Virus record (IMG/VR): IMGVR_UViG_3300022751_000016 | Span: 78,451-142,450 of that record | Strand: one strand, 5' to 3' | Length of the DNA: 64,000 nt | DNA from: a virus | Shown here: positions 1-9,467 of the stretch, in pieces | Position numbering within the stretch: position 1 is the stretch's first letter | Layout of the letters: every line of letters begins with the position of its first letter | Program-made: the position numbers and the translations under genes | Notes under the pieces: model-generated | The model's input: only the letters and a program-made list of their open reading frames with translations | What the model was told of the DNA's origin: nothing | The model's database searches: none

Positions 1-162
1 ATACTTGGCTCCTCTGGATATCCCTGATAAGATAGCAAATTGTCAATTCACAGAAGCGTGGAATAAGGATAGAAAGACAATTGAAAGTACCATGCATAGG
101 ATTATTAATAAGCCCTCACAAAAATAGTTGAATATTTCCTTTTTTATTACGTTTATTTGGTC

Positions 163-170
163 TATCTTTG
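163..170 (+). promoter_or_regulatory. Bacteroidota sigma70-type -7 box (TATCTTTG)
   Basis: Matches TAnnTTTG upstream of the first gene run; no canonical TTTG -33 box at the usual spacing. Confidence 0.5.
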
Positions 171-204
171 TCGGACAATAGAGCGAGAGCGTAAAATTAG
201 AATT

Positions 205-378
205 ATGATAACACACAAATACTTCATAGCTTGCATAAAAATAGCAGGTGTAGATTATTACAAATTAATGAGAGAAACTTTTTTCTGTGGATTTTATTTG
301 TGGCAAAAAGAATTTAAAGAAGAGTACTCAACAGTAGAAGAGATAAGAACAGAAATAGAGAGATTGGAGAATGATTAA
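205..378 (+). CDS. hypothetical protein
   Basis: ORF track 157..378; the ATG at 205 is preferred because the TTG at 157 lies upstream of the promoter box. Confidence 0.55.
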   Translation: MITHKYFIACIKIAGVDYYKLMRETFFCGFYLWQKEFKEEYSTVEEIRTEIERLEND

Positions 379-390
379 AAAGCGTAACAC

Positions 391-651
391 ATGAAAAACA
401 TAACAACATTTTTACTCGGAGGACTAGTATTTATATCCTTCGCAGCGGCAACAACAAATATAATGACTGTTAAGCCTGCAACTCCTAAACAAACATTAGT
501 TAAAGATTTCTGGGGTGCATACGGAATTGAAAAAGAAATGCAAAAGTATATCACTTTACAAGTAAAAGGCGGATTTATAGTGAAAGGGTTTACTCTAGAC
601 TCAGAAGAGAATGGTTATCAAAGAGGATTAGTAGTAATGGAAAAATATTAA
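391..651 (+). CDS. small exported/membrane-anchored protein
   Basis: 86 aa with N-terminal signal-peptide-like segment MKNITTFLLGGLVFISFAAA. Confidence 0.65.
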   Translation: MKNITTFLLGGLVFISFAAATTNIMTVKPATPKQTLVKDFWGAYGIEKEMQKYITLQVKGGFIVKGFTLDSEENGYQRGLVVMEKY

Positions 652-653
652 AA

Positions 654-851
654 GTGGAAAATAAAAACTTAAACAAGAGACCCTTTAATTCAGAATCCGA
701 AGCTCGTGCAGAACTAGAACGTATACTAACAACTCAGCACAAGCCATGGTCAAAAAATGATGTAAAACCTTGTCGATATTATCACGATAAAGAATTAGAT
801 AAATGGTTTTTAACAAGCAATATAACAATAGTAGAATACCCTAAAAAATAA
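654..851 (+). CDS. hypothetical protein
   Basis: 65-aa ORF tightly packed in the operon. Confidence 0.65.
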   Translation: MENKNLNKRPFNSESEARAELERILTTQHKPWSKNDVKPCRYYHDKELDKWFLTSNITIVEYPKK

Positions 852-871
852 ACAATTAAATATAAAACAAC

Positions 872-1147
872 ATGAACAGAAAAGAGTTATTATCAGCGAA
901 TTTAAGTGAAGAGAAAAATGTAACAACAGTAGTTACTAACACATTAGCAAAAGATGCTAAATTTATTAAGAAAGCTAAAAGAGATTTAGAAGACCAAATC
1001 GAAGATGCAGAAGAAAAACTAGAGGAAAGACTATCTTCTAACACGCCTTTAGATAAATCTGTAGTAGAAGTACTTTATGATAGTTTAATAGGATTAAAAG
1101 CTACTTTAGCTTTATATGAAAAATTTGAGAAAGAAGTATTAGCCTAA
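872..1147 (+). CDS. coiled-coil hypothetical protein
   Basis: 91 aa, E/K-rich heptad pattern, A-rich start context. Confidence 0.7.
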   Translation: MNRKELLSANLSEEKNVTTVVTNTLAKDAKFIKKAKRDLEDQIEDAEEKLEERLSSNTPLDKSVVEVLYDSLIGLKATLALYEKFEKEVLA

Positions 1148-1151
1148 CACT

Positions 1152-1928
1152 ATGAGTAGAAGAAAAACTCCATTATTAAGTATACCTTCCTTGGCAGAAA
1201 TGCAACAGGGAGGAGTATATAAATTTACAAACTCTATTAATGATTTTACCTATATTGGGAGTTGTAAAAAGTTCTCAGATAGATTAGCGGGGCATATTTG
1301 CGATTCTAAACGAGGCAAAGCAAATAGATATTTAATAGAGTTTGTAAATGATTTTGGATGGGAAACTATTTCTTTTGAAATATTGGAAGTAGTTGAAGAT
1401 TTCTCTTTATTAAAAACGCGGGAGAATCATTGGATAGGACTTTTTGATTTTAATTTATTATGGAATTGTGCACCAAAAGCAGACACTTTAGTAGGGACTA
1501 AGATGCCTTTGACACATAAAATTAAGAGTTCTGAAAGAATGAAAGGTAATACACTTAGCGTAGGTTATGTTCACTCTAAGGAGAAGGGTATAAAATGCGC
1601 AAAGTATTGGGAAGAGCACCCAAAAGAGAAGGAAGAAATGATTTCTAAAAATAAAGAATCGCAGTCTAAGGTAGATAGGAGTTCTTGGGAAAAAGGAAAG
1701 ATTATAGAAGTTTATTATGAAAAAGTCTTGATTGATACAGTAGAGGGATTAAAAAATGTAGAGACAAAATACAATTTAGGACATACCTATGCGAGTAAAA
1801 TGTTACAAGGTAAGAAACCACCATTGAGGGGTTACTTTTTAAAAACAATAGGTTCTTATTTTATATCTGATAAAGTCTATATCAGAAGATATTTAAATGG
1901 AAAAGAAATAATAGAAAATAAATTATGA
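1152..1928 (+). mobile_element. GIY-YIG homing endonuclease (start possibly ATG at 1200)
   Basis: GVYKFTNSINDFTYIGS..RL..H..RENHWI motifs, followed by a basic NUMOD3-like DNA-binding region. Confidence 0.85.
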
Positions 1929-3274
1929 AATCAATACATTTTGTTACACCAACTTTACTTTCTCATTTGGATTTATTTTCTATGGGAGGTTCTGAAAAAG
2001 CTGAAGATACTAGTAAAATAGGAAGATACAATTCAGGACTATGTTATTCTATGGCATTATCTTTAAGGAATAATATAGACATGTCTGTACGAGTGTTTGA
2101 TACAGAATATGAGTCGGAAGGTCACGATAGAGCAAGGGAAACTTTATACACTATTGACACCTACACTGAAATTTGTGAACAAACAGATAAAGAAAAAGAA
2201 TTAATACAACTTAGTAAATCAGTTTCAAAACAATCTTTTTTCTCAGTTCACTGTGATGATTACGGTGGTGGAGATTTCCCAGAAGAGATTATTCCAACAG
2301 GATTCTCAGTTAAAATGGGAATAGGATGGGATTTGTGGATGGTCTTGAGAGAAATCTTCTCTAATATGATTGATGAGAATGGAAATTACTATGAAGACAC
2401 TTGTCCTGAAATTAAGTACGGAACAGTTTTTACATTAAGATTTGAAGATAGTTCAGAATTTGCAGAAATATGGAACAATCGTCATTTGTATATTAATGAA
2501 AAGCCACCTTTATACATCATTTCCGATACAGTTGAAGTATTAGAAAATGAAGAGGGATTTTTAAGAATTTACAAGCAAAACATATTAGTTTATAAAGATG
2601 AGAAAGTTCCAAGTAAGTTTGCGTATAATCTTAAATTCGGCGAAATAGACGAAAAAAGAATTTTATCTAATATTTGGAGTGTTTCCAGTGATATTGTATA
2701 TGCCATAAAAAATACAAAAAATGAAAATTACTTAAGAGAGATTATAACTGTTGATTTTGAAGATAAATTTCTTTCAGATAAAAGTGTCTATGGAACAGCT
2801 TCTGATTTAGCTCATAGCATAGCTTGTGAAATCTATAATAAATTCGGAGAAGTTAAAACATATCCTTGGTTGCTGAATTCTATTAAGGAAAGAAGTGATT
2901 GTGGAATTGGTGAGAAAAGAATCCAAAGCATAGGAGATAGTGTTTATAGTTATTCAAATACAGTAACTGTAACTTCTATTCCAGAGCCTTTTGCCGAACC
3001 ATCTATTGAAGTTGAGGGAGAAGTATTTATAGACCCTTTTTCCGCGGAAATAAAAAAACATTATAACTTTGAATTAGATGTAGAAGTTAGAAAAGCTAAA
3101 TTACGTGGGAATAAGGTTATAGCAGATAAGTTTGAAAAGTGTCTGATTGTAGACGAAAGTTTTGATGTAGAAAAATACTTTGGAGAGTTCATAATTCAAT
3201 ATTTAGATTTAACTGTTGAAGGAAATGTAATTAAGAATTTAGGAGAGTATATTTGTAATTTATTGAAGAAATGA
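1925..3274 (+). CDS. GHKL/HATPase_c-like ATPase domain protein with permuted motif order
   Basis: MGGSEK..IGRYNSGL (ATP-lid/G-box-like) precedes WMVLREIFSNMIDENG (N-box-like) and a GTVFTL strand. Confidence 0.6.
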   Translation: MKSIHFVTPTLLSHLDLFSMGGSEKAEDTSKIGRYNSGLCYSMALSLRNNIDMSVRVFDTEYESEGHDRARETLYTIDTYTEICEQTDKEKELIQLSKSVSKQSFFSVHCDDYGGGDFPEEIIPTGFSVKMGIGWDLWMVLREIFSNMIDENGNYYEDTCPEIKYGTVFTLRFEDSSEFAEIWNNRHLYINEKPPLYIISDTVEVLENEEGFLRIYKQNILVYKDEKVPSKFAYNLKFGEIDEKRILSNIWSVSSDIVYAIKNTKNENYLREIITVDFEDKFLSDKSVYGTASDLAHSIACEIYNKFGEVKTYPWLLNSIKERSDCGIGEKRIQSIGDSVYSYSNTVTVTSIPEPFAEPSIEVEGEVFIDPFSAEIKKHYNFELDVEVRKAKLRGNKVIADKFEKCLIVDESFDVEKYFGEFIIQYLDLTVEGNVIKNLGEYICNLLKK

Positions 3275-3501
3275 AAAAAGAACTGTTTATAGAATGCGAA
3301 TGTCACGGAGAGATTATTAAGCTAGATAAGTTTGATGACGAAGAAGAAATCTATTTAACTATATACAAATATTATTTTCCTAAATCTTCTTTTTGGCGCA
3401 GAATAAAAGCCGCGATAAGAGTATTAAAAGGAGAAGGAGTAAGAACAGCAGATATAGTATTAAGTAAAGAGAGTTTTAATAAAATTAAGAAGTTTAAATG
3501 A
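3271..3501 (+). CDS. hypothetical protein
   Basis: 76 aa, CECH motif, ATGA overlap with the upstream gene. Confidence 0.7.
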   Translation: MKKELFIECECHGEIIKLDKFDDEEEIYLTIYKYYFPKSSFWRRIKAAIRVLKGEGVRTADIVLSKESFNKIKKFK

Positions 3502-3505
3502 GCTT

Positions 3506-3790
3506 ATGAAACAGAAGATAACAAAACTTTTAGGTACTATACACTGCGATGAGTTAGATAAACTAACATTGGAAGAGGTAGTAGAAGTACTCACTAGAGT
3601 AATGCAACCTAATAGTAAATTAGATTATGACTATGATGGAACTTTCTATGTACAACTTAGTAGAGAAGAGACAGACGATGAATATAATCATAGAATTAAT
3701 GCCGAAAATGTCGCGAAAGAAAGATTAAAACAGAAAGAATTAGAAACATTAAGACAGTTAAAAGAGAAGTATGAAGGAACAAATAAATAA
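3506..3790 (+). CDS. hypothetical protein
   Basis: 94 aa, RxETDxEY motif with coiled C-terminus, typical of small phage ORFs. Confidence 0.7.
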   Translation: MKQKITKLLGTIHCDELDKLTLEEVVEVLTRVMQPNSKLDYDYDGTFYVQLSREETDDEYNHRINAENVAKERLKQKELETLRQLKEKYEGTNK

Positions 3791-4154
3791 TCTAGTAAAA
3801 GATGTCCACACTAAAAATGTAGAAGCTGGATGGTGGAATGACCCTGAAACAGGGGAAAGCCTACTAAACCATAAATTCACTCCTTATGTAATAGGAACTA
3901 AGTTAATGTTAACCGTAACAGAACTTGCAGAAGCAACAGAGGGTTATAGAAAAGATTTAATGGATGATAAACTTCCTCACAGAAAAATGATTGATGTAGA
4001 ATTAGCAGATGCTGTTATTAGAATATTAGATTTAGCTGGAGCTGTCGGTTGTAATGACTTGGGCGATATTATTGAGGAAAAGAGGGAAATGAATAGAACA
4101 AGACCTGACCATCAAGTAGTTAACAGATTGAAAGTTGGCGGAAAAAAGTTCTAA
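3771..4154 (+). CDS. MazG-like (d)NTP pyrophosphohydrolase
   Basis: TELAEATEG..R and VELADAVIRILDL acidic metal-binding helices of the all-alpha NTP-PPase superfamily. Confidence 0.8.
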   Translation: MKEQINNLVKDVHTKNVEAGWWNDPETGESLLNHKFTPYVIGTKLMLTVTELAEATEGYRKDLMDDKLPHRKMIDVELADAVIRILDLAGAVGCNDLGDIIEEKREMNRTRPDHQVVNRLKVGGKKF

Positions 4155-4156
4155 AA

Positions 4157-4267
4157 ATGAAACTAAAACTCATTGGTTTAATAGGGGTAGTTCCTTATTT
4201 ATTTTTAGGATTAATTTGTTGGGGAGTTTTTAGAATAATTAACTATTTAATTAGAATATTTTGGTAA
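4157..4267 (+). CDS. 36-aa membrane peptide (not in ORF track)
   Basis: MKLKLIGLIGVVPYLFLGLICWGVFRIINYLIRIFW fills the gap between its neighbours. Confidence 0.5.
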   Translation: MKLKLIGLIGVVPYLFLGLICWGVFRIINYLIRIFW

Positions 4268-4770
4268 TAGATAGAGTATGGGCAATGCCAAGTAAGAATA
4301 CATTTGATATAAAACCTATCAAAGAGTTAATAGAGAGGTATAATGCAGACATAAATAAACTAAGTGTAGACCCCTTTGCCAATAAAAATAGAATAGCAAA
4401 CGTTACAAATGATTTAGACCCTCAATATGATACCACTTACAATATAGATGCTATAGATTTCTTAAAATTGTTTAAAGATAGTTCGGTCGATTTAATTCTT
4501 TTCGACCCGCCATATTCTCCAAGACAAGTTTCAGAGTCTTACAAGAAATTAGGAATGTCTGTTAATATGCAAACTACACAATCTAGTTTTTGGGGAAATC
4601 TTAAAAAAGAAGTTGGTAGAGTAACTAAGAAAGATGGAGTTGTCATATCATTTGGTTGGAATTCAGGCGGAATGGGTAAATCAAACGGTTTTGAAATTAT
4701 TGAAATATTATTAGTACCTCACGGCGGAAACCACAATGATACTATAGTAACAGTAGAAAGAAAATTATAA
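4261..4770 (+). CDS. amino-DNA methyltransferase (N6A/N4C type)
   Basis: VDPFA SAM-binding-like motif and FDPPYS catalytic motif. Confidence 0.85.
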   Translation: MVIDRVWAMPSKNTFDIKPIKELIERYNADINKLSVDPFANKNRIANVTNDLDPQYDTTYNIDAIDFLKLFKDSSVDLILFDPPYSPRQVSESYKKLGMSVNMQTTQSSFWGNLKKEVGRVTKKDGVVISFGWNSGGMGKSNGFEIIEILLVPHGGNHNDTIVTVERKL

Positions 4771-4772
4771 TT

Positions 4773-5027
4773 ATGGTAAAAGGAAAAATCACTTTCGACA
4801 TGTCAGACCCAGATGACAGAAAAGCTTATTTAAGATGTTTTAAATCATTAGATATGGCTTTAGTACTTTGGAAATTTTCGCGGCAAACAAAGAAAGAAAT
4901 AGAACAAGAGTTTGAAAATAACACTATGGCAAATGAAGATGCTTATAGTGGTGCTCAACAAGTTTTTAATAAATTTAATGAGTTGTTGGATGAATATGGG
5001 ATAAATATTGAGGAACTTGTAGATTAA
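4773..5027 (+). CDS. hypothetical protein
   Basis: 84-aa ORF in the operon. Confidence 0.7.
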   Translation: MVKGKITFDMSDPDDRKAYLRCFKSLDMALVLWKFSRQTKKEIEQEFENNTMANEDAYSGAQQVFNKFNELLDEYGINIEELVD

Positions 5028-5032
5028 AAAGC

Positions 5033-5182
5033 ATGAAAAAAATTTCTAGAGTGGAAGTAATTGACCACAGTAAAGATGGTGAAGGAAGGGCTTATATTAA
5101 ACGAGGTAATTTTGAAGTGGAGATACAAGTTCAAGATGATGGTAAAACTTTGAAAATTTTTTTGTCAGATGGAGAACATTAA
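5033..5182 (+). CDS. 49-aa small phage protein (not in ORF track)
   Basis: MKKISRVEVIDHSKDGEGRAY..QVQDDGKTLKIFL fills the gap and overlaps the next start. Confidence 0.65.
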   Translation: MKKISRVEVIDHSKDGEGRAYIKRGNFEVEIQVQDDGKTLKIFLSDGEH

Positions 5183-5756
5183 CTTTGAGCTATATAAAAA
5201 GTATCAGTTAGAAGCATCTGATTTATTCTATCTTTTCGCCGCAAAACAAGTTAAAAAAGAGGTATTGGAGCATATACCACAAGATGTTTTAAAGCGTTTA
5301 GAGATATCATATCTAATAAAAAGTATAAAGGGTTCAGCAAAAGAAAATCCTCTCCATAAACTAAGAATAACAGATAAAGGAAAAAAACTACTAGTTGAGC
5401 CAATTGGAGGTGAAGATGAAGACAAGCTTTTTATGTGGTTAGCTAATTACTACACGGAAAGAGGTAAGGAGATAGGAAATCCCAATAGAGTGAAGAAGCT
5501 TTTATTATGGTTCAAACAAGAAACAGGTATAGAGAAGAATGCGTTAGTAAAACTTTTTATGCATTTTTTAAATGATGATTATGTTAATGAAGAGTCTCGA
5601 GTATTGGAGTTTACACTGTTTTATCCTAAGAAATTTACAACAGACAAAGGAAAATCTATAGCTTATGAAGCAAAACCTGATATTTTTGACTCTTGGCTCT
5701 ACAAACACTACCTTAAATATAAAGAGGAATTAGACCCCATATTAGAAATAGAATAA
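5169..5756 (+). CDS. putative replication protein (wHTH-like N-terminus)
   Basis: LKRLE..LI..LRITDKGKKLL winged-helix-like pattern; lies directly upstream of the helicase. Confidence 0.5.
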   Translation: MENINFELYKKYQLEASDLFYLFAAKQVKKEVLEHIPQDVLKRLEISYLIKSIKGSAKENPLHKLRITDKGKKLLVEPIGGEDEDKLFMWLANYYTERGKEIGNPNRVKKLLLWFKQETGIEKNALVKLFMHFLNDDYVNEESRVLEFTLFYPKKFTTDKGKSIAYEAKPDIFDSWLYKHYLKYKEELDPILEIE

Positions 5757-5771
5757 CATATAAAACTTACA

Positions 5772-6893
5772 ATGCAAATACAGAAATTTAAAGACCTAAC
5801 AGAACAAGCTTTTACAGAAATAAAAAAGTACCAGACAGGACAAAAAGGTATAGTAAAAACAGGACTTCCGTATTTCGACGATTTGTTTCCAGTTGTAAAT
5901 GGTTCAGTTATTGTGTATTCTGCGGGTTCTGGAATAGGTAAGAGTTTTCAGTTAGCTAAAATGACGGATAACATTTTAAATAAGGAGTTGAATCCTACGT
6001 GTGATGATTTTGTGGTTTTACATATTTCATTAGAAATGCGAGTCATGTCTCTGATTTTAAGAGGATTATCCAAAAATATTAAAGCTAAAACAAAAAAACA
6101 GATTCTTTTAGAAGAGTTTACAGAAGAAGAAAAAGAGCTTGCTAATAAATATTTCATTTCCCTGCAAGATGATAGAGTGAGTATTTCGCAAGTACCTACT
6201 ACACCTAAAAAATTTTATGAAGGGTGTAAACAATATTTAGAAGATAACAAACACCGAGCATCAGCTATCATAACTGTTGACCATTTAGCTCTCGTACAAG
6301 GGGATAATGGAGAACCAAAAAATAGTGTTATTGAACACTTTATTGAAAAGATTGTAGACTTAAAAATGCAATATGAGAATGCTATATTTATACTCTTATC
6401 TCAAACTAATTCAGAAATGGCTAAAAGGGCGGCAGATAAGAATATAATGTCACAACCTACTGCCAGTGATATCTATTATTCACAGTTTACTTTTCAGGTT
6501 GCAGATTATGTAGCTATTATGATTAGTCCAATGAAACTCGGAATAAAGGAGTATTCAAAGATTGACCCTGAACGTTATCCTAATTTAAGTAAATACTTTT
6601 TAGAGGAAGATAAGAATGGTCGTGTTTCATTAGAGACGTATTCTGTTAATTATGTACACTTACTAAAATGTCGCGAGGCGGAAGGTTTATATTTAGATAT
6701 CTATGCAGAGGAGATGTATATACCAAACGCAGAAAAAGAACGAGAAGCAAGAAAAAAAGAAAACAAACCTAAATTCTCCACCTCAATACCAGTTTTTAAC
6801 ACCACTATAGAAATAGAAAAAATGCCTCCTGTAACTTTGAAAAGTTTAAACGATGCTTTTGACATACCGAAAACTAAAGATGAGCCATTCTAA
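5772..6893 (+). CDS. DnaB-like (SF4) replicative helicase
   Basis: KTGLPYFD, Walker A AGSGIGKS, ISLEM, ITVDHL, LLSQ, ADYV and LLKCR motifs. Confidence 0.9.
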   Translation: MQIQKFKDLTEQAFTEIKKYQTGQKGIVKTGLPYFDDLFPVVNGSVIVYSAGSGIGKSFQLAKMTDNILNKELNPTCDDFVVLHISLEMRVMSLILRGLSKNIKAKTKKQILLEEFTEEEKELANKYFISLQDDRVSISQVPTTPKKFYEGCKQYLEDNKHRASAIITVDHLALVQGDNGEPKNSVIEHFIEKIVDLKMQYENAIFILLSQTNSEMAKRAADKNIMSQPTASDIYYSQFTFQVADYVAIMISPMKLGIKEYSKIDPERYPNLSKYFLEEDKNGRVSLETYSVNYVHLLKCREAEGLYLDIYAEEMYIPNAEKEREARKKENKPKFSTSIPVFNTTIEIEKMPPVTLKSLNDAFDIPKTKDEPF

Positions 6894-6906
6894 ACCTACT
6901 AATATG

Positions 6907-6938
6907 TTCCCATTTGTTAATTCAGGTGGGAATTTTTT
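6907..6938 (+). terminator. intrinsic terminator
   Basis: TTCCCATTTG-TTAATT-CAGGTGGGAA stem-loop followed by T6, after the helicase. Confidence 0.8.
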
Positions 6939-6979
6939 CTGCGAAAATAAGTGCAACGAGAAAATATTTGCAGAAAAGT

Positions 6980-7010
6980 TTTGTATAGTGGAAAATTAAT
7001 GTTACATTTG
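6980..7010 (+). promoter_or_regulatory. Bacteroidota sigma70 promoter
   Basis: TTTG-N19-TACATTTG. Confidence 0.85.
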
Positions 7011-7036
7011 CCTTATAAATAATTAAAACATAGTGC

Positions 7037-7864
7037 ATGAAAAATATACATTTATTAAAAACTGATAAACCAAGTAGGTTATTTATAATAGATAAAAGTA
7101 AAATGTTTAAATCAGAAGCTCCTTATTTATCTTTTTCGACTGTAGGTGGTAGAGTACATAAGGTAGAAGGTTCAGAACTGTATCAACCTCAAAATATGTA
7201 TATCACGTCTGATGAGGATATTAAAGAGCCTTGTTGGTGCGTAAATACAATAAAAAATACATGGACTAAAGACATAATATACTATCAAGGAGCAATGCCA
7301 GCTTATCATTTTGTGGGATTTAAGAAGATAGTATTAACAACAGATGAAGATTTAATTAAGGATGGAATTCAGAAAATTGAAGATGAATTTTTAGAATGGT
7401 TTGTTAAAAATAGCGATTGTGAATTTGTAGATGTTGAAAAAATGTTACAAACTAGACATGGAATAGATTGGTATGATTTGCCAAATCAAAAAGAAGGTAG
7501 AGAAGTTGATGGTATTTACCGTATAACTTACAAATTAAATATTCCTAAGAAAGACGAATGGATATCACCTATGCAAAAGTTTAAAAAGAAAAACATCATA
7601 GATACTTGGCTTGAAAAGAACGGCAACCCAGAAATAGAGAAGCAAGTTGAACTACAAGCAGCATCTCTTCTATTTACCAGATTACCAAAAGTATCCACTG
7701 TTCGTGACGGATTTGTTGAAGGAGCAACTTGGATGGCTGAGAGGACGTATTCGGAAGAGGAAGTTGTTAATTTGTTAGTGAAATGTTCAGAATGGCAATT
7801 ACCACAAGCAGAAGAAGATATAGTGAAAATTAAGGAGTGGTTTGAAAATAATAAAAAGAATTAA
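7037..7864 (+). CDS. hypothetical mosaic phage protein
   Basis: 275 aa; KKIVLTTD..LIKDGIQ and FVEGATW..YSEEEV segments resemble patterns common in flavobacterial phage early proteins. Confidence 0.75.
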   Translation: MKNIHLLKTDKPSRLFIIDKSKMFKSEAPYLSFSTVGGRVHKVEGSELYQPQNMYITSDEDIKEPCWCVNTIKNTWTKDIIYYQGAMPAYHFVGFKKIVLTTDEDLIKDGIQKIEDEFLEWFVKNSDCEFVDVEKMLQTRHGIDWYDLPNQKEGREVDGIYRITYKLNIPKKDEWISPMQKFKKKNIIDTWLEKNGNPEIEKQVELQAASLLFTRLPKVSTVRDGFVEGATWMAERTYSEEEVVNLLVKCSEWQLPQAEEDIVKIKEWFENNKKN

Positions 7865-7867
7865 CTT

Positions 7868-8044
7868 ATGAAATATTTTATAGGACTATATTTAGTAATA
7901 TTAGGAATGCATGGAATGATTCTAGTTATGTTTACAATGGTACTTAATTTAAGCATAGAAGAATTTATATTAAACTTAAAAGTTTCTTTACTTACTAGTT
8001 TATTTTTAACAATTCTATTATTTTTTCCTAGAAGTAAAAATTAA
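7868..8044 (+). CDS. 58-aa membrane protein (not in ORF track)
   Basis: Two hydrophobic segments; fills the gap. Confidence 0.55.
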   Translation: MKYFIGLYLVILGMHGMILVMFTMVLNLSIEEFILNLKVSLLTSLFLTILLFFPRSKN

Positions 8045-8054
8045 AAATATTATT

Positions 8055-8330
8055 ATGTACAGAATGAAACACATACCAACAGGATTGTATTATCAACCTC
8101 ACAAACACAGAGGAAGTCATTTATCTAAAACAGGAAAAGTTTATCAAAATAATACGAATGGTATTGAGTCTGGAAATTACGGTTTAAAACACTTTTCTGT
8201 TTGGTGTGAAAAAGGTAGTAGAATACATAAACAAACTGAGTCTATTTTAGATTGGCAAGAGGCTAGTTATCACAGAAATCAATTGAAAGCAGATACTAGA
8301 TTTGAAGATTGGATAAGAGAAGAAATTTAA
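8055..8330 (+). CDS. hypothetical protein
   Basis: 91 aa, YRMKHIPTGLYY..SKTGKVY. Confidence 0.7.
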   Translation: MYRMKHIPTGLYYQPHKHRGSHLSKTGKVYQNNTNGIESGNYGLKHFSVWCEKGSRIHKQTESILDWQEASYHRNQLKADTRFEDWIREEI

Positions 8331-8339
8331 AAATAAAAT

Positions 8340-8615
8340 ATGAGAAATATTAAAGAATTATTGCAAATAATGTTAGACAATCAACAACTATTTGATGATG
8401 GTTTGTGCTTGTGGACTAAAATGTTATTTTTGAAAAGTAAAATTACACTGGATGAACAGATATTACTAAGAAAGTACATAAATAAAAATTCACCAAGCCC
8501 ATTTTCAAGCTTAGACGCTATGATACATGCACCCTTATCCGCCTACTATTGGAAGAGAGATAGTATAAAACCACGCATAAAATGGATTGAAAAACATATA
8601 AAATGTAATTCTTAA
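8340..8615 (+). CDS. hypothetical protein
   Basis: 91 aa, GLC..YYW..RIKW pattern. Confidence 0.7.
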   Translation: MRNIKELLQIMLDNQQLFDDGLCLWTKMLFLKSKITLDEQILLRKYINKNSPSPFSSLDAMIHAPLSAYYWKRDSIKPRIKWIEKHIKCNS

Positions 8616-8619
8616 TGAT

Positions 8620-8853
8620 ATGGACGATATACAAATAATTCGGCTAAAAAAGTACAGAACAAGAAAACTATTCTCTATACTAGGAATAACATGGAACGGA
8701 TATGATTTCTATATTACAGGAAAGTTCTTAGGATATGTAACAGTGATTGAAGAAAAGTTTAAATCTAGAGCAACATACTTAAATGAATATGATTATAGAA
8801 TGTATTGGAGTGATTTTAAATTTTATTGGAAAGTAATTGAAATTGAAGAATAA
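8620..8853 (+). CDS. hypothetical protein
   Basis: 77-aa ORF in a tandem array. Confidence 0.65.
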   Translation: MDDIQIIRLKKYRTRKLFSILGITWNGYDFYITGKFLGYVTVIEEKFKSRATYLNEYDYRMYWSDFKFYWKVIEIEE

Positions 8854-8854
8854 T

Positions 8855-9028
8855 ATGTGGAAAGCAATAATAAATTACATAAATAGCAAGTCTTATAGAT
8901 GTAAACATAATTGGGAATTAATAAATGAGGTACACGTATACGAATCTTCAGATAGTAAGTTTCCTCACACTACAAAGATGACTTACATGTGTTATAAATG
9001 TGGTAATCATAAAACTATAAAAATATAA
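8855..9028 (+). CDS. small Zn-ribbon-like protein
   Basis: CKHNW..CYKCG; the ATG at 8855 is preferred. Confidence 0.65.
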   Translation: MWKAIINYINSKSYRCKHNWELINEVHVYESSDSKFPHTTKMTYMCYKCGNHKTIKI

Positions 9029-9207
9029 TGTACAAATATTTAGTAACAACAGAATTATGCACTCCTTGGTGGCTTAAACTTCTTAGATTTTTCCGTATAA
9101 AAAGTAAAAGACAAGAGTTTGAATTAGTCTTTGAAATTCCTTGGTTTGACGTAGGAACAATCTTATTAACAAGTAGTGGTAAAGTATTAGTAATAAAAGA
9201 AATATAA
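9028..9207 (+). CDS. 59-aa hypothetical protein (not in ORF track)
   Basis: TAATG coupling with the upstream stop; MYKYLVTTELCTPWWLKLL... Confidence 0.55.
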   Translation: MYKYLVTTELCTPWWLKLLRFFRIKSKRQEFELVFEIPWFDVGTILLTSSGKVLVIKEI

Positions 9208-9208
9208 T

Positions 9209-9448
9209 ATGAAAGAATATAAATTAAAAACATGGTATCCATCTTTACCAACAGAATGGATTTTTGATGATAAAAAATTTGAATTTCCAATAATTGTAGT
9301 GGAGAGAGAAAATGCAGAAAAGTTTATTAGAGATAATAAAAAGATGTACACTTTGAAAGATATGGTTAGGATTGCGAATCATTGGGCTTATATTAAATCA
9401 GTTACTCCAGAAGTGGCGAAAAAAGTTATAGACAAATGGAAACAGTAA
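9209..9448 (+). CDS. hypothetical protein
   Basis: 79-aa ORF in the array. Confidence 0.65.
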   Translation: MKEYKLKTWYPSLPTEWIFDDKKFEFPIIVVERENAEKFIRDNKKMYTLKDMVRIANHWAYIKSVTPEVAKKVIDKWKQ

Positions 9449-9467
9449 AAAAATTAAAGCGGAGCGC

